Part shown: positions 35,336 through 48,638 of the stretch, in pieces | How positions within the stretch are numbered: the first letter of the stretch is position 1 | Layout of the letters: each line of letters begins with the position of its first letter | DNA from: Octopus bimaculoides | Taxonomy: Eukaryota | NCBI RefSeq assembly: GCF_001194135.2 | Contig: NC_068981.1 | Span: 6,554,632-6,618,631, forward strand | Reading direction: 5' to 3' | DNA length: 64,000 nucleotides | Program-made: the position numbers and the translations under genes | The notes under the pieces: generated by a model | What the model was told of the DNA's origin: nothing | Databases searched by the model: none | What the model saw: the letters and a program-made list of their open reading frames with translations, nothing else

Positions 35336-38300
35336 TGTTTGTAAGGGTAGAATTATTGTTTTTAGGTTTCTGTATATAAAAACGTAGTATCAGTTTGATC
35401 TCAAATAAATGTAATTCGGCTTATTGGGTAGAAATGACCTTTATTGTTTCGAAGAGGCCAAGAACCTAATGAAATATAAAGCATTGGGTCAGTAGCTAGG
35501 AATTTAAGGAACGGAGAAGATTGCCAGTGGGACGATTAGACATATGTAGAGAAATAAGAAAAGAAGAAGGAAAAGAAAAGCGGAGGAAACTTCTATTTAG
35601 AATATGGAGAAATACTTGTAAAAGGCGACTGATTAACGGAAACAGTGAAAGGTTTTTACTATTTCATTAGATCTATTCCTGTCGGTAGGGATCACATCTT
35701 TTTTGGAAGAATTAATAAGATATGTACCAGGGTATCAGTAGTCTTCCTTCACCTGAATCCACCCCTTGATGCCTTGTAATGACGTCTTGTGTCTTGGTAA
35801 GAAAACAATGTTATAGAGAGAAAGAAATGGTGGACGCTGTGGAGAGGATGTTCAGTGGTTAAATCTGAGTACTCTGTAACAAAATGTTTCATATCAAGGT
35901 GATAGGGTCTAAAGAAAAGAGCTACCAGATGCTAGAATAAGGACATTCATGGAAATACTAAAGGGTCATTGCAATGATATACAACTAAGGCTCTCGGATC
36001 GCAAATCCAAAACATTTCTCACGTTGAATATATAGAAATGGCACGAAGAATATATCGCAGATATTCTGAGAATGTGACAAGCATGAGAAGTACATAATCT
36101 CTGGGAGAAGATTTGGCTGTTATTTATTGTAGTAAATAACAGACAAATTATTTAAATTGGATTGTCGAAGTTGAAGAAAATAGAGCAAATTGTGAGATTT
36201 CTAAATTACGGTGACTTTACAGAAAAATGTAGCAGAAGGTGTAATGATGAAGTTGTCAAATTTACAAGAACAATTCCACCTCGTAAAAATATAAACCAGC
36301 CAATTACTCGTAGACTGAACATTGGTATTTATAATCATCTCTGTAAAATGACTAGCTTTGTCTCAGAGACGATTTCAATTATTTTAAAGAGTTCAATATA
36401 CTTCTAATATACTTTGAAAGACACTTCATTTTCTATTGTATCATTCATAAATTATAGGTTATTCGCATCTGTTTTATTTCACATTTCCTTTTATTAGTCA
36501 TTTCTCGCTGTTTTCTATTTTAGAACTTCCATTCTATGTCGTGGCTTTCATTTGTTTTTGTTTCTTCTTCGTTTAAACATCGTGATTTTCAAGCGATACA
36601 CAGATTCTTTCAATGGCAATCACGGTGTCTTTTACCTCCATAATCTTAAATTATACTTCTAACTTCCTGTCAGCTCATTCGGTGTCGTTTAGTTTTATAC
36701 GACCAAAAAATCTGACATTTTAACGCTCTTTTGGTGTTGCCGTCTCTTTAACAGATTAACTTTATTGTTTTTCTTCCTCTAATCGCAGATTCCAACTTTT
36801 CACCAAATAAACAACATCAAGCGCCCCCTACAATATTTTACATTTGTTTGATTTAATTTTCCAAATTTTTTTTTTGTCTCTCTTGACATATCGTCTGTCT
36901 GTCTGTGTGTCTGCAAAGATGGTGTTTTTATTCTACAAACTTCTTCTCAATTCCTTTCTCTAGTCTTCTTCACGATCTCCTTCTCTTCGCAATTCACGCA
37001 TTTCCTCCTCTTTCTCTCCTTTTCTCCTTCCTCTCAGCTTTTCTTATATTTTCCTCTCTGCATTTAACCTCCAGCTCTCTCCTTCCTCTCTAGCAGTCTC
37101 TCCCTTCCTCTCTCTTTCTCCCTTTTATCCTCTCCTCATCCTTTCCCTCGTTTTTCTTTCTCCCCTTTTTCCTATGTTCTTAGTTTAGATCTCTCACCCT
37201 CTTTCTCACGAAACACTCTCTCTTTCTCTCTCTCTCTATCGTTCTCTCTCCATCGCTTATCCTCCTCCTTCGTCTCTCAACCTGTCTTTGTCGTCACCCT
37301 TCATATTGGTCCCTAATTCTTAAACACCTTCCCTCCCTCTTCCTCCTCCCACTTGCTTTCAGTTCAATTATTCTCTCTCTCTCTCTCTCTCTTTCCCTTT
37401 ATGTATATGTGTGTGTATGTGTGGGTGCGTGTGCGTGTGTACATACACACATGCATACACACATACATACACACATACATACACACATACATACATGCTC
37501 ATAAATTACACACACTCTCGCAAAATTAATTCCCTCCTCATCCTTCTCCTCCTCCTTCCCTCTCTCTTCTTATTTACAATCTTATTTTCTTCGTCTCCTC
37601 CTCTCTCATTATCAGTTCATTACTCACAAATATTTTTATTATTTTCTCTTCCCTTCTTCCAGCCCCGATTTCTTTTCATCTCTTTATCTTTCTCCTTTAC
37701 CTCTTACACAGCCTGAGCCTCCTCCCCCCGTTCCTCATCTTCCATCTCTTCCTCTTCTCCCACCACTACCACCACCACCACCACCACCACCACCACCTTC
37801 TCCTCCTCCAACTCAGATCATCGAAGCTTACTTTGCCACCTTTTGCTCGTTATGTATGCACGCCATATTTTCATGTCATTAAAATTTGGATTACTTTGAA
37901 TGAATGTCTTAGGACGGGAGCGAAGGAGAATGGAGGGGCGGAAGGATGAAAAAAAGAAAAGAAAGACAGAGAGCAGGAGAGGAGGGAGACAGAAAGAACG
38001 AAAGAAAGTAGAGAGAGAGATGGAGAACGAGAAGAAAGAGTAACAGTGGAAAACAGTTTGTGTGTGTGTGTATTTGGTGAGAGTAGTTTGTGTTTGTGTG
38101 TGTGTGTGAATTATAGTGTGAAAAAGCAGGAGAGAGGTGGGTAGAAAGAGGGGCAGAGAATGTGTGTGTATGAAGAGGAATAAATCAACAAGTAATATGA
38201 AAGACAGACGTTACTCGAAGTGAATGAAAATTCATCGAGCTCAATGTGAAAGGGCAGCGTTCATAAATCACAGAAATAATTAAGTCTTGCTTGAAGAAAG

Positions 38301-39090
38301 CAATAACAGTGAAACATCACAAAGAAAGCAATTATGATTATATACATACGCGCGCACACACACACACACACACACAACATGTATATCTTTATGTGTGTGT
38401 GTTTCATTCTGTGTGTGCATACACACACACACACACACACACATATATATGTATATTTAAGTGTGTTTGTTTGTGTGTTAGTGTAAAAAAATGGATGAAG
38501 GAAGGAAAACTAAGGAATCAACGAAAGAAGAGAAAGAAAAAAACCTTATTTAAATGGTGTTTTCTTGTCGTAATACCATACTTGTCTTTAATTTATTGTT
38601 CCAGTAAAAACATGAAACTATCGACAAGTCATGTGCTCCACATGATTATTTGTTATTGCTGTTGTTGTTGTTGTTGTGGTCTTCCTTCTCTCCCTACAGC
38701 TTCCGCATCTTGCCTTTTCAAGCCAGACGAGACGTGAATGAAGATATTTTAACATTTAATGGAGATGTTTTACTTCAATTATATCTAAAAAAAAAAAAAC
38801 CCAACAACTTAATCATTGAATAGCCGCCATTTCTTTTGATATATTCATGTTGTGGTTGTACTGTTGCTGTTGGTATTTGGCCGCAGGTCATTTAGCAGAT
38901 CTATGAAAAAAGATACGCCACCCGTGACCATCCCATCGTTTTACGTATACAATGTACTAGGTTACCTAATAAGTCGTTGTTTTTTTCTTTCGGACTACAG
39001 GGTGTGGTATAAATGAAATTTGGCTGCTATTTCAAATTATCGCGAAGAGGTGCCTCGTTAGCAGGATAGTTCATTACCAATTAGGTTCGA

Positions 39091-39491
39091 TTTTATTTGT
39101 TTCAGTCACTGGATTGTGGCCACGCTAGGGCACGACCTTGAAGAGTTTAGTCAAAAGAATCGACCCCAGTACTTGTTTACTTTTCAAGTCTGGTACTGAT
39201 TATATCGGTCTCTTTTTGCCGAACCAGTCGTCAAGAAGTAGTGGTGGTGGTGGTGGTGGGAGGAGCAACACACACACACACACAGACACACACACTCACA
39301 CACACACACACACACACACATATATACAACGGGTTTCTTATAATTTTCATACGAACTTAGCAAATTTACTCACAAGATTTTGGCCGGTGCGGTGGTTACA
39401 GTGAAATACACTTGGCCTTGGTACTATGCAGTGAGACTGAACCCGGGGCGGTGTCATTGGGAAGCCAATTTCTTATCACACAACTACGCCC
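39091..39491 (-). mobile_element. SINE family B, full-length diverged
   Basis: Reverse complement similarity to 13934-14318. Confidence 0.8.
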
Positions 39492-39739
39492 ATTACGCAG
39501 TCGCGCAACGTTTATTAGTTTACTATTTTTATTCCTTATGTTTAGACTGTTTATCGGTTTTGTTTATTGTTTGTTAATGGTTATGGTTATTGACTGCTTA
39601 ACTTTACGTTTACTTATGTTAGTTATGTTTATCAGAAATGTTCACAGCTTATTTATGTTCACTGTAATAATAGAAATTGGTAGACATTGTTAAATATCGC
39701 TGGTCACAATGCGCTTTGCATCATTTTAAGCTTTCTAAT

Positions 39740-39953
39740 GATGCCACTGGGCTGGCTGAATGATCAGGCCAGCACTTCTCCCCCCTGATCAGAAGGCTAG
39801 TCTGTTGCAGGGTGACCTATTCACGGCTGAGTGGACTGGAGCTATGTGAAATGAAGGATTTTGCTCAAAAAACACATCGCGCCGCTCCACCTGGGAATCG
39901 AACCCATGATCTAGTGATCATGAGTGCAAAATCCTAACCACGTGGCCACGCAC
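39740..39953 (-). mobile_element. SINE family C (tRNA-derived)
   Basis: Minus-strand B-box gggttcgattccc; second copy at 48225-48416. Confidence 0.7.
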
Positions 39954-40328
39954 TTTCACATACATGTATGTGTGTATGCATGTATATATATATATATGTA
40001 CGTATGCATATATTCATGTATGTATGTGTGTGTTTGTATGTGTGTGCGTGCTAGTGTGTGTATGTGTGTGTGCGTGTGTAAGGGAGGCTGGGTGGCTGGT
40101 CAGTGACGGTGTGCATTTTTGAGCAGATGTTCATGCTTGCAAGTTGCATCTTCAAGTGTGCATCAAATGTGGCGAGTCACGTGACGGATGATGTAATGAG
40201 GTGAGGAAGGTCAGACGCGGAAGAAGGAGAGGGGGAGTTATTGGCTGAGTGAAACAATGACATCCGTCGACGATCGAGTCTCTTTGGCTTTTACATATTT
40301 CATTAGATATACGCGCGTGTGTGTGTGT

Positions 40329-40360
<32 letters not shown>

Positions 40361-40525
40361 CTGTCTGTCTGTGTGTGTGCGTGCGTGTGTGTGTGTGTGT
40401 GTGTATGTGTGTGCGTGTGTGTGTGGCGATGAAATAAACTCTTCTCGAAGAGCTGGGAGAAATCATCAGCGCTGTAACTTGGGATCATCAGTTATTTTGG
40501 GCCTTTCAACAGAGGATGTCCTCAC

Positions 40526-40575
40526 CGTGGAAGTAGCAGCTGGTCGGGGGTTGATCAGACCCTGAATCGATTCCT
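40526..40575 (-). other. Candidate 50-nt exon
   Basis: Long polypyrimidine tract + TTTTAG acceptor, G|GTGAGG donor; two open frames; product unrecognised. Confidence 0.3.
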
Positions 40576-40617
40576 CTAAAATGGTGACAGAGAGGAAGAG
40601 GGAGAGGAGACAAAGGT

Positions 40618-40660
<43 letters not shown>

Positions 40661-41652
40661 NNNNNNNNNNNNNNNNNNNNNNNNNNNNNNNNNNNNNNNN
40701 NNNNNNNNNNNNNNNNNNNNNNNNNNNNNNNNNNNNNNNNNNNNNNNNNNNNNNNNNNNNNNNNNNNNNNNNNNNNNNNNNNNNNNNNNNNNNNNNNNNN
40801 NNNNNNNNNNNNNNNNNNNNNNNNNNNNNNNNNNNNNNNNNNNNNNNNNNNNNNNNNNNNNNNNNNNNNNNNNNNNNNNNNNNNNNNNNNNNNNNNNNNN
40901 NNNNNNNNNNNNNNNNNNNNNNNNNNNNNNNNNNNNNNNNNNNNNNNNNNNNNNNNNNNNNNNNNNNNNNNNNNNNNNNNNNNNNNNNNNNNNNNNNNNN
41001 NNNNNNNNNNNNNNNNNNNNNNNNNNNNNNNNNNNNNNNNNNNNNNNNNNNNNNNNNNNNNNNNNNNNNNNNNNNNNNNNNNNNNNNNNNNNNNNNNNNN
41101 NNNNNNNNNNNNNNNNNNNNNNNNNNNNNNNNNNNNNNNNNNNNNNNNNNNNNNNNNNNNNNNNNNNNNNNNNNNNNNNNNNNNNNNNNNNNNNNNNNNN
41201 NNNNNNNNNNNNNNNNNNNNNNNNNNNNNNNNNNNNNNNNNNNNNNNNNNNNNNNNNNNNNNNNNNNNNNNNNNNNNNNNNNNNNNNNNNNNNNNNNNNN
41301 NNNNNNNNNNNNNNNNNNNNNNNNNNNNNNNNNNNNNNNNNNNNNNNNNNNNNNNNNNNNNNNNNNNNNNNNNNNNNNNNNNNNNNNNNNNNNNNNNNNN
41401 NNNNNNNNNNNNNNNNNNNNNNNNNNNNNNNNNNNNNNNNNNNNNNNNNNNNNNNNNNNNNNNNNNNNNNNNNNNNNNNNNNNNNNNNNNNNNNNNNNNN
41501 NNNNNNNNNNNNNNNNNNNNNNNNNNNNNNNNNNNNNNNNNNNNNNNNNNNNNNNNNNNNNNNNNNNNNNNNNNNNNNNNNNNNNNNNNNNNNNNNNNNN
41601 NNNNNNNNNNNNNNNNNNNNNNNNNCTCTCTCTCTCTCTCTCTCACCGCGTC

Positions 41653-41686
<34 letters not shown>

Positions 41687-42617
41687 ACTTCCTCTTCCCT
41701 CTCTCACACTCTTTCTTATATACTTTTTTTATGCGTACGATGTGGCGCCCTTCGAATGAAAGCTAACCCAATGGACGACACTCAATGGACCCAATGGACA
41801 ACACTTTTAAGTTCCTTTCGCTAAGTTCTAGAATTCATTAAGAAGCTGTTGATTAAGAGATTAAACAATATTTATTTTATTAATCAGGTTATATTATTTA
41901 GGTTAGAGGTTATTAGAGGAATGAGAAAAACAACTTAACTACGTTATGATTAAAACCCAGAAGCAAACGAGTTGAAAGCCCAGTTCTGAACTCACCAAAT
42001 ATTAAAATATACAGTTCACTATTATAAAAGGACAGCAGAGATGTATACATCGATCTTATTTCTGATTTGTGTATCGATCTTTATGAGTGAGTAGAAAGTG
42101 GAAGGGGTAGGTGTGAAGAAAGAGACGTAGAGAGAATAAAGTTAATACTTACGAAAATGTTAAAAGCTTTCTATAAATACGAACAGTTATAGAAATATGG
42201 CCTACAAAAAAAAAATATATATATATAGAAACGTAAATTAAACATCGCACTACGTACACACATACTCACACGCAGGAGCATACACACACACACACATACA
42301 AAATATAAATAGTCATACATGCGTGTGTGCGCAGGTGTGTGCCTATGTCTTCCGGTCACACGCTACACACGTTCCTTCCAAGCACTGCTGTAAACAGTGG
42401 AAGTGAGCTAAAACGTTGAAACTTAGTGCACATGCACAGCAAAGTCCAAAGTCGATTTGTGCCAAGTGGCTTTACTCTGCGTGCATCAGCTTCGTTACTA
42501 TAGCAACATACGTATTGATAAGACCACATATGCATATATATAGAGATTTACGTATGTATATATTGAGAGATTTACAAATAGCAATTTTCTATTTTATATG
42601 CATGTACATATAATATA

Positions 42618-42664
<47 letters not shown>

Positions 42665-42978
42665 CATGCAAGAAGTAAATTGACGCCTTTAATTTTCAAA
42701 ATTTCTTATCTAAGTGTCTTAATATGTTTTCTGCGGTGTAGAATTTACAATGTAATTATTATTCTTCATTCCAGGCGCCATTATATTAAACATTTGCAAA
42801 GAGTAACCATGCCATTGAAATTTCTTCAGTCTTGGTTTGTATTCTTGTATGAATATATTTCCTTCGCTTATCCGTGCTTCGTCTATGGCGTTGACTAAAC
42901 AAAAGTAAAGTGAAAAGACTTGGAATTTGAGTGATTTATTATTTTCTTTGCCCGGATTCTCCACATGTTACGTTTAGT

Positions 42979-43369
42979 GCAGGCGTTGCTGTGCGGTAAG
43001 ACGCTTGCTTCCCAACCAAAAGGTTCCGAGTTCTGTCCCACTGCGTGGCATCTTGAGCAGGTGTCCTCTAGTATAGCCTGATGCCAACCAAAGCCTTGTG
43101 CGTGGATTTGGTAGACGGAAACTAGAAGAAGCCCGTATATATATATATGTATGTATTTGTGTGTGTGTGTGTGTGTGTGCTTGTGTTTGCCCCCACCCCG
43201 CCATCGCATGACAACCGATTCTAGTGTGCTTATGTCCCCGTAATTTATCAGACCAATAGAATAAGTACTAGGGTTACAAAAATAAGTCCTGGAGTCCGTT
43301 TCCTCGACTAAGGCGGTGCCCCAGCATGGCCGCAGTCAAATGACTGAAACAAGTAAAAGAAGAAAAAGA
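42979..43369 (+). mobile_element. SINE family B, full-length
   Basis: Collinear with 13934-14318. Confidence 0.9.
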
Positions 43370-43447
43370 TATGTCTATATGTCCTCTTAGTTGGATCTGT
43401 CTAGTTAATTTCAATGGGAAATTTTGATTTGTAAAACGAGTAAACCG

Positions 43448-43488
<41 letters not shown>

Positions 43489-43818
43489 NNNNNNNNNNNN
43501 NNNNNNNNNNNNNNNNNNNNNNNNNNNNNNNNNNNNNNNNNNNNNNNNNNNNNNNNNNNNNNNNNNNNNNNNNNNNNNNNNNNNNAGAGAGAGTGAGAAA
43601 GTGAGAGAGAGAAGGAGAGAGAGAGAAGGAGAGAGAAAGAAAAAAGAGAGAGAGAGAGACACATACAGACACACACATGCACACAAACCTACACACATAT
43701 GTATGTATGTAGGCAGGCCTGCATGTACGTATTCAAAAACTTGCACAGAAAGTTGACAAAGGAATACGCAAGTCCTGGACATGCTCTTCGCTCATCAATT
43801 ATCGTTCAAAAATCATAC

Positions 43819-43878
43819 CGATTTTGCGCCTTTAACAATACGATTGTTCATTTTGGTGGTGTCAACACCAAAGAGCTG
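43819..43878 (-). other. Candidate 60-nt symmetric coding exon (QLFGVDTTKMNNRIVKGAKS)
   Basis: Pyrimidine-rich CCCAG|CAG acceptor, G|GTATGA donor, only frame 0 is open. Confidence 0.3.
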
Positions 43879-44515
43879 CTGGGAATAAGTGAGCGAACGT
43901 AAAGAAGGGTACGAAGACAAACAGCCGACACCGGTAGTTGATACATAAATAACTATACACCTACACATAAAGCCCTATAGGGCTTAGAAAGGAAAGTAGA
44001 GAGATAGATAGAAAGAAAGGGATAGAGTTGAGAGAGAAAGAGAGAAGGGGGAGAGAGAGATGGATGGATCTCTGTCGGTGACGATGGTGAATATTCATGT
44101 GTTCGAGCAACTGAATGACCGACCTTCCAATTCGATAAACACCTGTCTGTGCTGAATATAAAACTCAAAACAGAACCATGAAGACAAAGCGTGACAAAAC
44201 TGTCTTTGAACTGCAGATAGGATCCACCTTACTTACGAAAGTTCTATACTGTCCCCCTTTTACCCCAAATATATTAGTCAATCCCAATTTATAGGAAATG
44301 ACCTCATTTTAAAATCCATTTTTAGCTTAGATTTTATCTTGGCTGAAACATTTCTCTTATTGTGTTTGTTTTCTCTTTGCAACTGTCTGTCAGTTTAGCG
44401 TCCATTTTCTAGGCTTTCACTTCCTTCAACACAAAATACTTTTATTCGTTTTATGTTGCTCTTTCTATTAATTTTCTATTATTCTTCACTTGAAGGTTTT
44501 GTAGTCCTATATTGG

Positions 44516-44610
<95 letters not shown>

Positions 44611-45011
44611 CACTCTATCTATACCACTTTCTCTTTCTCTTCCCTTCACTCTGAACACACACTTATATCCATTTAGTGTTGACTGTTGGGAAAAATAGCA
44701 CACAAAAACTTAATAGAGAATATTATACGTTATTTTGGTTGAGTTAGTCTCTTTCTATTGTTATCTGATTATCTATCATGCTATCTAGCTCTGCAACAAA
44801 CCATATATAAATTGCTCTCTCCCTCCTCTCTCTCCCTCTGTCTCTCTCTCTCTCTCTCTGTACACACACACACACACACATATATATATANNNNNNNNNN
44901 NNNNNNNNNNNNNNNNNNNNNNNNNNNNNNNNNNNNNNNNNNNNNNNNNNNNNNNNNNNNNNNNNNNNNNNNNNNNNNNNNNNNNNNNNNNNNNNNNNNN
45001 NNNNNNTATAT

Positions 45012-45046
<35 letters not shown>

Positions 45047-45452
45047 CATAGATAGATAAGGCCTTAATAGTGGTTGTATGTGCCTGTAGGTAACGGTACC
45101 ATTATATCTATTGCCAGTTTTGGTGTCCAGTTATATAATAATCGCAATGAATACCAACAGAGTTGATACTATCGCTTCCCTTGGAGTCCACTAAAGATCA
45201 AACATATCGACATGGATATTGACGTGAAATTGCAATTATGGCTTTAATGGTCTGCTGACGTAGAAAAAGAGACGTTATAGATTTTATGTATAATACCATC
45301 TTACATCACAGTGGTCGGTTGAGCACTTTGATATATTTCCACGTAAACTCAAACTGATCGTTTCACTCACGTACAGATACACACACACACACTAGCATAT
45401 CTGTACATATATCCACACATATACACGCATAAATATGCATGTATATATGTAT

Positions 45453-45508
<56 letters not shown>

Positions 45509-45757
45509 NNNNNNNNNNNNNNNNNNNNNNNNNNNNNNNNNNNNNNNNNNNNNNNNNNNNNNNNNNNNNNNNNNNNNNNNNNNNNNNNNNNNNNNNNNNN
45601 NNNNNNNNNNNNNNNNNNNNNNNNNNNNNNNNNNNNNNNNNNNNNNNNNNNNNNNNNNNNNNNNNNNNNNNNNNNNNNNNNNNNNNNNNNNNNNNNNNNN
45701 NNNNNNNNNNNNNNNNNNNNNNNNNNNNNNNNNNNNNNNNNNNNNNNNNNNNNNNNN

Positions 45758-45881
45758 GTGTGTGTGTGGTGGGGGGTGTTTGTTCCCCCATCATCGCTTG
45801 ACAACAGATGTTGGTGTGTTTACGTCGCTGTACTTGGCTTACAAAGAATAAGATTGGGGTCAAGTTTTTCGACTAAAGGCG
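45758..45881 (+). mobile_element. SINE family B 3' fragment
   Basis: catcgcttgacaacagatgttggtgtgtttacgtc. Confidence 0.75.
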
Positions 45882-46029
45882 AAAAATCATACATACATAC
45901 ATACATACATACATACATACGTATATACATACATACATACATACATACACACACATACATGCATGCATGCATGCATAGCAGAAGACTATGCATGGATATG
46001 TTAGTAGAAAGCTCCGAGATGATAGTAGC

Positions 46030-46520
46030 ATTGATCATCAAAGCAGTTTATCATGGACGAATAGCCGGATCATTACCTCCCACTTTTAAGGGTACGCGTT
46101 TGCAATCCAGGAACAGGAAATGTCAACCAAGTACCTGATGCACAAAGGGATAGAGATGCAAGTAAAGCCATAAAGTGTGACAACCAATGCAGACTTTGTG
46201 GAGTTCACAATGAAGATATCACCCACATCATAAGCAGTTGCCCGAAAATGTCATCACGGTATTATACCTGTAATTATTGAGGCCCTGGGATATGTAACAC
46301 ACTGCCTAAATACCAATCTTGAGAAATTAGGCTTCTCAAAACCAGAAAGGAGAAAGCTAATTCGAAGACTACAGATCCAATCCATCACCGGCACTGTAGA
46401 AATCTGTAAAACTTTCCAGAAGTTTATCATTTAAATATATATGAGTATGTCTAGATATGTAGCTATATTCATGAGAATACATGCATAAAACATACAAATG
46501 AGCTTGTCTACATATGCAAC
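46030..46520 (+). mobile_element. REL-type LINE family X relic (CCHC knuckle joined to C-terminus)
   Basis: AIQEQE..CRLCGVHNEDITHIISSCPKMS; IPVIIEALG..RRKLIRRLQIQSITGTVEICKTFQKFII*. Confidence 0.75.
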
Positions 46521-46525
46521 TATAC

Positions 46526-46760
46526 GTGAGTTGATTTGGTAGACAGAAGAAGCCAGTCTGTGTTTCTTCCTTCACCAGCACTTGACAACCGTTGTTGGTG
46601 TGTTTAGGTCCCCTGTAGCATAGCGGTTCGGCAAAAGACACTGATAGAATAAGTACTAGGCATACAAAGAATAAGTCCTGGGGTCGATTTGTTCGATTTG
46701 TTTGACTAAAGGTGGTACTCCAGCATGGCCGCAATCAAGTGACTGAAACAAATAAAAGAA
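46526..46760 (+). mobile_element. SINE family B 3' part
   Basis: Collinear with 14060-14318. Confidence 0.85.
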
Positions 46761-46945
46761 TACACACACATTCATATATACATGCATATACACATATATA
46801 TATATATACTTACGTATACGTATATACATATGTACATATGTACACATACATATATGAATATATATATATACATATATATACATACATACATACATACATA
46901 TATACATGCATATCTATATATACATACATATATATATATATATAT

Positions 46946-47028
<83 letters not shown>

Positions 47029-47216
47029 CATATGTACACATACATATATGAATATATATATATATATATATATANNNNNNNNNNNNNNNNNNNNNNNNNN
47101 NNNNNNNNNNNNNNNNNNNNNNNNNNNNNNNNNNNNNNNNNNNNNNNNNTATATATTCGTCTACAAACGTGTGCATCTGTTTTATTCTGTTTCATCATGT
47201 GTTGATCTCGTTATAG

Positions 47217-47344
47217 CCACAAAAGTTTATTTCCATTGTAAAACTAAACCGAAACTATGGCAATTAGGATTAGATGGGATAGAAGAAGATGTGACGCTTT
47301 ACTCCTGGGATTTCTTTGTTGTTTATATTTCGCTACATTCAGCA
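47217..47344 (+). other. Candidate 128-nt exon (TKVYFHCKTKPKLWQLGLDGIEEDVTLYSWDFFVVYISLHSA)
   Basis: TATAG acceptor, GTAAGT donor, one frame open throughout; unrecognised. Confidence 0.2.
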
Positions 47345-48224
47345 GTAAGTGTATATTTTAGGCGTTCTTGGCTGTCAGGAAGGAAAAAAAATCGCTTTAA
47401 CAACGTGGTTTAACATGTTAAACGAGAGAAGGAGAACACGAGAAAAAATTCGACACGTACTATAAAAAATGGTAGCCTATTTGCTATCATATGCAAATAT
47501 TTTTCTGATCGACAAGATAGAATTGCTATTGTTTATGTTTGTTTTTGAGGAACGCTGTGAAAGGTGGAGTCGCCATTTTAGGTTTGTCTCCGAGTGAAAT
47601 ATTATTCTCTTCGTAGTTTTGTTTCTGTAGATTCATGAAGCACCATTATGTGTCTTGTGACACATACGCACACACGCATGCATGTACGCACGCGCACACA
47701 TACACACGAACATATACCTATATATATGTATGTACGTATGCATGTACGAATGTACATGTATGTATATATATATATATAAGATATATATACATGTATATAT
47801 GTATATATGTATATGTATATGTATATATATNNNNNNNNNNNNNNNNNNNNNNNNNNNNNNNNNNNNNNNNNNNNNNNNNNNNNNNNNNNNNNNNNNNNNN
47901 NNNNNNNNNNNNNNNNNNNNNNNNNNNNNNNNNNNNNNNNNNNNNNNNNNNNNNNNNNNNNNNNNNNNNNNNNNNNNNNNNNNNNNNNNNNNNNNNNNNN
48001 NNNNNNNNNNNNNNNNNNNNNNNNNNNNNNNNNNNNNNNNNNNNNNNNNNNNNNNNNNNNNNNNNNNNNNNNNNNNNNNNNNNNNNNNNNNNNNNNNNNN
48101 NNNNNNNNNNNNNNNTGTGATGAAAATAAATTTGAAAGAAAAATGATACATTTCAACTTTTAATTTATCTCTGATTAATTAGCGAATCTCCTGAGTAATG
48201 AATCAGTTTCCTGGTTCCCATGGT

Positions 48225-48416
48225 GAATATCAGAGGTCGAGATCAACCCCGCCTCATGAACGGGTTAACAAGTTTACAACTGAGTCGACTGGAGCAACGT
48301 CAAATGAAGCAGTTTGTCCTCGAAAACACAATGCAGCGACAGATTCGGGAATCGAACCCACGATCTTCTGATCCTGAGTACATCACCTTCATCACTAGTC
48401 TACGTGCCTTCACACA
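48225..48416 (-). mobile_element. SINE family C
   Basis: Similar to 39740-39953. Confidence 0.7.
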
Positions 48417-48430
48417 GGTTAAAATGCTCT

Positions 48431-48638
48431 TTTCTATTCTAGGCACAAGAAGTTTGGTGGGAGGGGGCCAGTCGATTAGAACAACCCAAGTATGTAACTG
48501 ATACTTAATTTATCGACCCCGAAAGGATGAAAGGCAAAGTCGACACCTGAGGAATTTGAACTCAAACGTAAGGATAGACAAAATACTGGTAACCATTTCG
48601 CCCGGCCTGCTAACCTTTCTGCCAGCTTGCCGTCTTAA
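48431..48638 (-). mobile_element. SINE family A, full-length
   Basis: Reverse complement similarity to 21646-21860. Confidence 0.9.
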
